This document shows positions 59,675-64,000 of a DNA stretch of 64,000 bases, piece by piece. The stretch's first letter is position 1, and each line of letters begins with the position of its first letter. The stretch is from Patescibacteria group bacterium (GTDB taxonomy: Bacteria; Patescibacteriota; Patescibacteriia; Patescibacteriales; UBA12465): positions 15,102-79,101 of the forward strand of contig JBBQHF010000002.1 in the NCBI GenBank assembly GCA_038323715.1, given 5' to 3'. Under the pieces are notes generated by a model. The model was not told the origin of the DNA. It ran no database searches and saw only the letters and a list, made by a program, of their open reading frames with translations. Position numbers and translations under genes: made by a program.

Positions 59675-61756
59675 TTATTTTTGACTAAAATACCAATTTA
59701 AAATATCGCGCGCCATCGGCACGGCAATAGTGCTTCCCTCTACGCCTTCTTCCACTAAGATAGTAATGGCTAATTCCGGTTTTTCGTAAGGAGCAAAGCC
59801 GATAAACCAGGCGTGAGGAGCCTTTTTGCTTGACCATTGAGCAGTCCCCGTCTTGCCCGCCATAGTGACTGGCAAAAAGCTTAATGCGCGACCGCTACCA
59901 ACAACCACTGTTTGTCTCATTCCTTCCCTAACAATATTTATATTATTAGCATCAATAAAATTATTTCTGATTATAACTGGTTCTATGTCTTGGACCACCT
60001 GGTTATTAGAATCTAATATCTTAGAAACTAGGTGTGGGCGATAAAGAGTCCCCCCATTAGCAATCGCGGCCGTATAATCAGCTACTTGAAGCGGCGTTAC
60101 AAGAACATCACCTTGCCCAATAGCAAAATGATAAGTATCTCCTATATACCAAGGTTCATTTTTAGTTTGCTCCTTCCAAGCACTTGTGGGGACAAAACCA
60201 GCAGCTTCTCCATTCAAATCAATCCCCGCTTTTTCACCCAGCCCAAATAATTTAGAATATTTAACCAACCCCGTTAATCCCATCCCCTTAAAATCACCGT
60301 AACCACCGCCTATATAGTAGAAAAAAGTGTTTACCGAAAAAGCGAGCGCATTTTTAACATCAGTGATTCCGTGGCCACCTGCTTTCCAATCAGGAAAAAA
60401 CCATTCGCCGATACGTAAGCCCCCGGTACTAAGGAAACTGGTGTTTTCATTTATAACCCCCTCCTGTAATGCTCCCGCCGCAAAAATTGGTTTAATGGTT
60501 GAGCCAGATGGGAACTCTCCGCTGATTGCCCTATTGAACAAAGGCTGATTATCATCATTTAAAAACTTGTTATATTCCTCTTGGCTGATACCGGAAGCAA
60601 AAGAATTGTTATCATAAGCCGGCAAACTGACCATGGCCATTATTTCACCATTGTTAGGATTGATAATAATAATAGAGGCTTTTGTTAATTTTTGTTTTTC
60701 TAAATATATCTTAGCAACCTCTTCTACCTTTTTCTGCAATTCAAGGTCTAGTGATAATAGAAGATTGGAACCATCTTTAGCCGGGACCTCGTTAATAATT
60801 TTTTTATATCGTCCTAAGGCATCTACTTCAATATTCTTGCGCCCACTCTCTCCTTTGAGAGCGTCCTCCCAAGAATACTCAATGCCAACTTTACCAACAT
60901 AATCAATCATGGAATATTTTTTACCCAAAGTTGTAAGCTCTTTATCATTTATTTTGCCAGTATATCCTAAAATGTGGGACAAGCTACTACTGGTAGCAAT
61001 CGTCGGGCCCTCCACAGCAGATGTCAAATATTCTCTTCTAATTTTATTAGTTAAAAACACCCCTGGCCAATTACCAAGTTTCAAATAAATAAGCATCGCT
61101 TTATCATAAGCGATATTATCTTCAATAAATAAAGGCTGATAAGATTCCAACGAGCCGATTTTTACCGTTGATATTAATTCTTTTATTTTATAAAAAGACG
61201 GGGTGTCAGAAATAACACTAAATGATTCGGTGTCTTTAGAAATTACCGGTGAGGCTTGAGCAATATTATTTTGGCCATCTAAAACTGCCCCAATCTCTCT
61301 GATTAACTCGTCTCGGGCTAATTCATTTTTTGGCAAATCAATCGGGCGCAGGTACAAAACAAAATTAGCTTTATTTCTTACTAACGGTTGCAGATTTTTG
61401 TCGTAAACGATGCCTCTCTTGGGCTCAATTGTCTCGGCGCGCAAACGGTTATCCTCTGAAAGTAAATAATAATAATCATTCTTTACAATCTGCAACCAAA
61501 AGGCCCTGGTAATCAAAAAAAGTAAAGCAACAACCGCAATCAGCGCAAAATATTTTAATTTATGAAAGTTAAAACTTCTAGTAACTATTTCCTTACTACT
61601 GCTATCTGATAAAAACGATTGTTCAGTCCAATCAGAATAATAAACTGAGTCCTTTAATGAGCCAAATTTAAAACGCCCCTCCTTAACAGCAAAGGGGTCA
61701 GATAATTTATCCTGCAAGACCTCGAGCAATTGTTTTTTTTGCTTATTACTAGTCAT
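59675..61756 (-). CDS. Class B penicillin-binding protein (PBP2/FtsI-type peptidoglycan D,D-transpeptidase)
   Basis: N-terminal TM anchor and a dimerisation domain. Transpeptidase motifs SGSTIKP (SxxK), SVN (SxN) and KTGTA (KTG). Confidence 0.88.
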   Translation of the reverse strand: MTSNKQKKQLLEVLQDKLSDPFAVKEGRFKFGSLKDSVYYSDWTEQSFLSDSSSKEIVTRSFNFHKLKYFALIAVVALLFLITRAFWLQIVKNDYYYLLSEDNRLRAETIEPKRGIVYDKNLQPLVRNKANFVLYLRPIDLPKNELARDELIREIGAVLDGQNNIAQASPVISKDTESFSVISDTPSFYKIKELISTVKIGSLESYQPLFIEDNIAYDKAMLIYLKLGNWPGVFLTNKIRREYLTSAVEGPTIATSSSLSHILGYTGKINDKELTTLGKKYSMIDYVGKVGIEYSWEDALKGESGRKNIEVDALGRYKKIINEVPAKDGSNLLLSLDLELQKKVEEVAKIYLEKQKLTKASIIIINPNNGEIMAMVSLPAYDNNSFASGISQEEYNKFLNDDNQPLFNRAISGEFPSGSTIKPIFAAGALQEGVINENTSFLSTGGLRIGEWFFPDWKAGGHGITDVKNALAFSVNTFFYYIGGGYGDFKGMGLTGLVKYSKLFGLGEKAGIDLNGEAAGFVPTSAWKEQTKNEPWYIGDTYHFAIGQGDVLVTPLQVADYTAAIANGGTLYRPHLVSKILDSNNQVVQDIEPVIIRNNFIDANNINIVREGMRQTVVVGSGRALSFLPVTMAGKTGTAQWSSKKAPHAWFIGFAPYEKPELAITILVEEGVEGSTIAVPMARDILNWYFSQK

Positions 61757-61941
61757 TTCTTATTAATAACGCCTATCTTTATTAAATATTAACCCTAAAT
61801 GGCCATAAAGGCAAACCCTAAAAATAACAATCTGTGCCTTTTTGCCCCCTCTTGTCCCCAGTTTATTTTTAGTTTATTTTTTTTATTATATAATATAAAT
61901 ATCTTAAAATTAGCTCTAAAGATTTAATACCTAAAAATATT

Positions 61942-62613
61942 ATGAAAGTCCTATTAATAGAAGATGATAAAAATATTTCTGACTCACTCGCGTCTTTCTT
62001 TAAAGATAACAATATTATTTTAGATGTCGCTTATGACGGAGAAAGAGGTGCTTGGTTAGCCTCAATAAATATTTATGATTTAATAATTTCCGATTATAAC
62101 TTACCCAAGACAAACGGCAAAGAGATTATAGAACAAATAAGAAAAGAAGGTAAAACGACTCCTATTATCATGTTGACCGTCAGAACTGATTTAGATGACA
62201 AAATAGATATTCTAGGAATAGGCGCGGATGATTACTTAACAAAACCATTTTCGCTTTGCGAGTTGTTAGCGCGCATGAAAGCAATTACCAGAAGACCTCT
62301 AAAAATAGAAAGCACAAAACTGAAAATAAAAAACCTAGAACTAGATACTGATAAATTTATAGTAACTAAGAATGGCAAGCGGATAGAATTACGCTCTAAA
62401 GAATTTACGCTGCTAGAATATCTTATGAAAAACAAAGGGCGCTTTTTATCTCGGCAAGAGATAATGGAACATGTTTGGGATGAGAATGCCGATCCTTTTT
62501 CTAATACTATCGAAGTCCATATAATGAACCTGCGCCGAAAAATAGAAAACAAAAAAGAACATTTTATTTTCACGGTTTCTAACCGAGGATATAAAATAGA
62601 CGATAATAGATAA
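61942..62613 (+). CDS. OmpR-family response regulator
   Basis: Receiver domain (MKVLLIEDD, phospho-acceptor context LIISDYNLP, LTVR, KPF) plus a winged-helix output domain (EFTLLEYLM..., VWDE..., IEVHIMNLRRKI, RGYKI). Confidence 0.9.
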   Translation: MKVLLIEDDKNISDSLASFFKDNNIILDVAYDGERGAWLASINIYDLIISDYNLPKTNGKEIIEQIRKEGKTTPIIMLTVRTDLDDKIDILGIGADDYLTKPFSLCELLARMKAITRRPLKIESTKLKIKNLELDTDKFIVTKNGKRIELRSKEFTLLEYLMKNKGRFLSRQEIMEHVWDENADPFSNTIEVHIMNLRRKIENKKEHFIFTVSNRGYKIDDNR

Positions 62614-62648
62614 TCTTAAAAAATTTAATAATTAATTATTAAAAAATT

Positions 62649-62759
62649 ATGAAAAAGAAAAACCAAAAAAATGCCACTCGCTTGAGATTAGCGAACCTAG
62701 CTCCGCTCGCCATATTATTGGCCGGATTCTTAAATCCAGGGACTCCTTGGCGCGACTAA
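62649..62759 (+). CDS. Unannotated 36-aa ORF (basic N-terminus plus hydrophobic stretch) between response regulator and kinase; may instead be a structured RNA
   Basis: Hand translation gives MKKKNQKNATRLRLANLAPLAILLAGFLNPGTPWRD with TAA at 62757-59. The segment is visibly more GC-rich than its surroundings, and a strong terminator follows. Confidence 0.35.
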   Translation: MKKKNQKNATRLRLANLAPLAILLAGFLNPGTPWRD

Positions 62760-62761
62760 AC

Positions 62762-62797
62762 AAAAAACGTCCCCAAAAAATATCGGGGACGTTTTTT
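62762..62797. terminator. Strong intrinsic terminator between response regulator/small ORF and histidine kinase
   Basis: AAAAAACGTCCCC-(10 nt loop)-GGGGACGTTTTTT. The kinase ATG is only 11 nt downstream. Confidence 0.75.
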
Positions 62798-62807
62798 AAT
62801 TAAGAAT

Positions 62808-64000
62808 ATGAAAAGAAATTTTTCTTTAATGCCAAAATTTCATTTATTATTAAAAGTATTTACTAACTACTTTAAAACAAATAGTAAAGACGAGAATTTA
62901 GCCAGACAAGAATTTATTTTAAATATCTTGATTGGATTCTCTATTCTCTGTTTTAGTCTATTAAATATAATAAGAGTAATAGATGTGATGGGTAACTCCA
63001 ATGACCGCGGCTTACCATTAATCATTACTTTAAGCATTCTCGTTTTCTTTATTTTTTTATTTTGGCTGTCAAAAATCGGCTGGATTAAAACCGCGTCTTG
63101 GCTACTTATAGCGATTTATTCAGTTCCAATGATTTATTCTTTCTGGTTTTGGGGAGCAGACTTGCCAGCAGCACTACTGTTGGGAGTTTTAATTATAACT
63201 TTTTTTGGAGTTTTAATGGGGGCAAAAACAGCGATTATGAGTGCCGCTATTTTAAATATTTTTCTGATTATCTTAACTTATCTACAAAACTCTAATATTA
63301 TTAATACAACTAACTACTGGCGTTTAGAAAAAAATGAAATTGCTGATGCGATTACCTATGCTATTTTATTTATCATTATAACTTCTATTGTTTGGCTTTT
63401 TGATAGAGAGATGAATATTGCTTTAACTAGGGCCCGTAATAGCGAAGATATCTTAAAGAAAGAGAGGGATTCGTTAGAAATAATGGTTGAAGACAGGACC
63501 GACAAGATTAAAGAGATGGAAATGGATAAAATCGGACAACTATACCGCTTTGCCGAATTAGGTCGCCTGTCTTCTGGAGTATTTCATGACTTAATAAACC
63601 CCTTAACGGCAGTTTCTTTAAATTTAGAACAGATAAAGAATGAGGATGAAAAAAATTTATTAAACGCTAAAGATTGCTTGACTCAAGCCATTCTAGCTTC
63701 TCATAAAATGGAAGATTTAATTGCCTGCATTAAACGTTCAATCAGACAAGAAAACATGCACATTGATTTTTCACCAAAAATAGAAATAGAATCGGTCATT
63801 AAAATCTTAGGCTACAAAGCCAGAAAAGCAAAAACAGAAATAAACTTTCAAGCTAGTGAAGAAATTAATTTGCATGGTGACCCGGTAAAGTTTAGCCAAA
63901 TAATAATAAACCTAATTTCTAATGGCATAGACGCTTGTGGAAATAAAGATAGCCAATTACAAAAAAATATAAATATCAAATTAAAGCGTTGTAACAATAA
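62808..64000 (+). CDS. Sensor histidine kinase, 3'-truncated by the window end (absent from the ORF track because no stop is reached)
   Basis: Hand translation is open from ATG 62808 to 64000. It shows ~6 N-terminal TM helices, a coiled linker, the H-box SSGVFHDLINPLTAV and the N-box IIINLISNGIDA. Confidence 0.85.
   Translation, partial: MKRNFSLMPKFHLLLKVFTNYFKTNSKDENLARQEFILNILIGFSILCFSLLNIIRVIDVMGNSNDRGLPLIITLSILVFFIFLFWLSKIGWIKTASWLLIAIYSVPMIYSFWFWGADLPAALLLGVLIITFFGVLMGAKTAIMSAAILNIFLIILTYLQNSNIINTTNYWRLEKNEIADAITYAILFIIITSIVWLFDREMNIALTRARNSEDILKKERDSLEIMVEDRTDKIKEMEMDKIGQLYRFAELGRLSSGVFHDLINPLTAVSLNLEQIKNEDEKNLLNAKDCLTQAILASHKMEDLIACIKRSIRQENMHIDFSPKIEIESVIKILGYKARKAKTEINFQASEEINLHGDPVKFSQIIINLISNGIDACGNKDSQLQKNINIKLKRCNN

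Noticed and set aside
61830-61870. Hairpin AAAGGCA...TGCCTTTTT in the PBP / response-regulator intergenic region as a terminator
   Set aside because: It has a 7-bp stem with a ~21-nt loop, and it lies upstream of both divergent genes, where no transcript needs terminating. It is likely fortuitous.
62649-62759. The GC-rich spacer as a tRNA or known small RNA (SRP, tmRNA, 6S)
   Set aside because: I could not fold it into a cloverleaf or find the conserved SRP or tmRNA motifs. I kept it only as a small ORF or unknown RNA candidate.
63098-63295. 65-aa plus-strand ORF from the track
   Set aside because: It is out of frame inside the histidine kinase ORF, which is open from 62808 to the window end and shows H-box and N-box motifs.

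Overview
The window is a visibly AT-rich, gene-dense bacterial chromosomal segment with short intergenic regions and many abutting or overlapping genes. I found no transposase, integrase, CRISPR array or rRNA. The gene content suggests a reduced-genome Patescibacteria/CPR-like (Parcubacteria-type) organism, which is an inference: many membrane-anchored or secreted proteins without a recognisable family, unusual domain fusions, and few Shine-Dalgarno sites. Recognisable content in order: a membrane-anchored Clp/Hsp100 paralog with a small membrane partner, divergent from a CIRCE-controlled clpB; def, fmt and tRNA-Glu; transporters; an ECF sigma/anti-sigma pair next to a secreted FN3-repeat protein; tRNA-Lys and tRNA-Thr; dnaB-ybaB-recR; rplU; murA; a galU plus 3x GT2 glycan operon; a compact deoxypyrimidine module (dCMP deaminase, tandem-domain ThyX-like protein, P-loop kinase, Tmk-Dut fusion); gatB; miaA-miaB; an envelope locus (GT-C-like membrane proteins, mltG, uppP); a complete F1Fo ATP synthase operon with an appended CxDxR/HxxC protein; tatD; an hrcA-grpE-hsp20-dnaK-dnaJ operon behind a perfect CIRCE; a class B PBP; and a two-component system interrupted by a small ORF and a terminator. 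The strongest novelty candidates are the DUF1653-Nudix-GrpE fusion that stands in for grpE, the deoxypyrimidine module with complementary degenerate ThyX halves and a Tmk-Dut fusion, the membrane-tethered degenerate Clp ATPase, and a ClpB carrying a ClpA/ClpC-type IGF loop. All calls rest on reading motifs in the supplied translations and the DNA; no database search was run.
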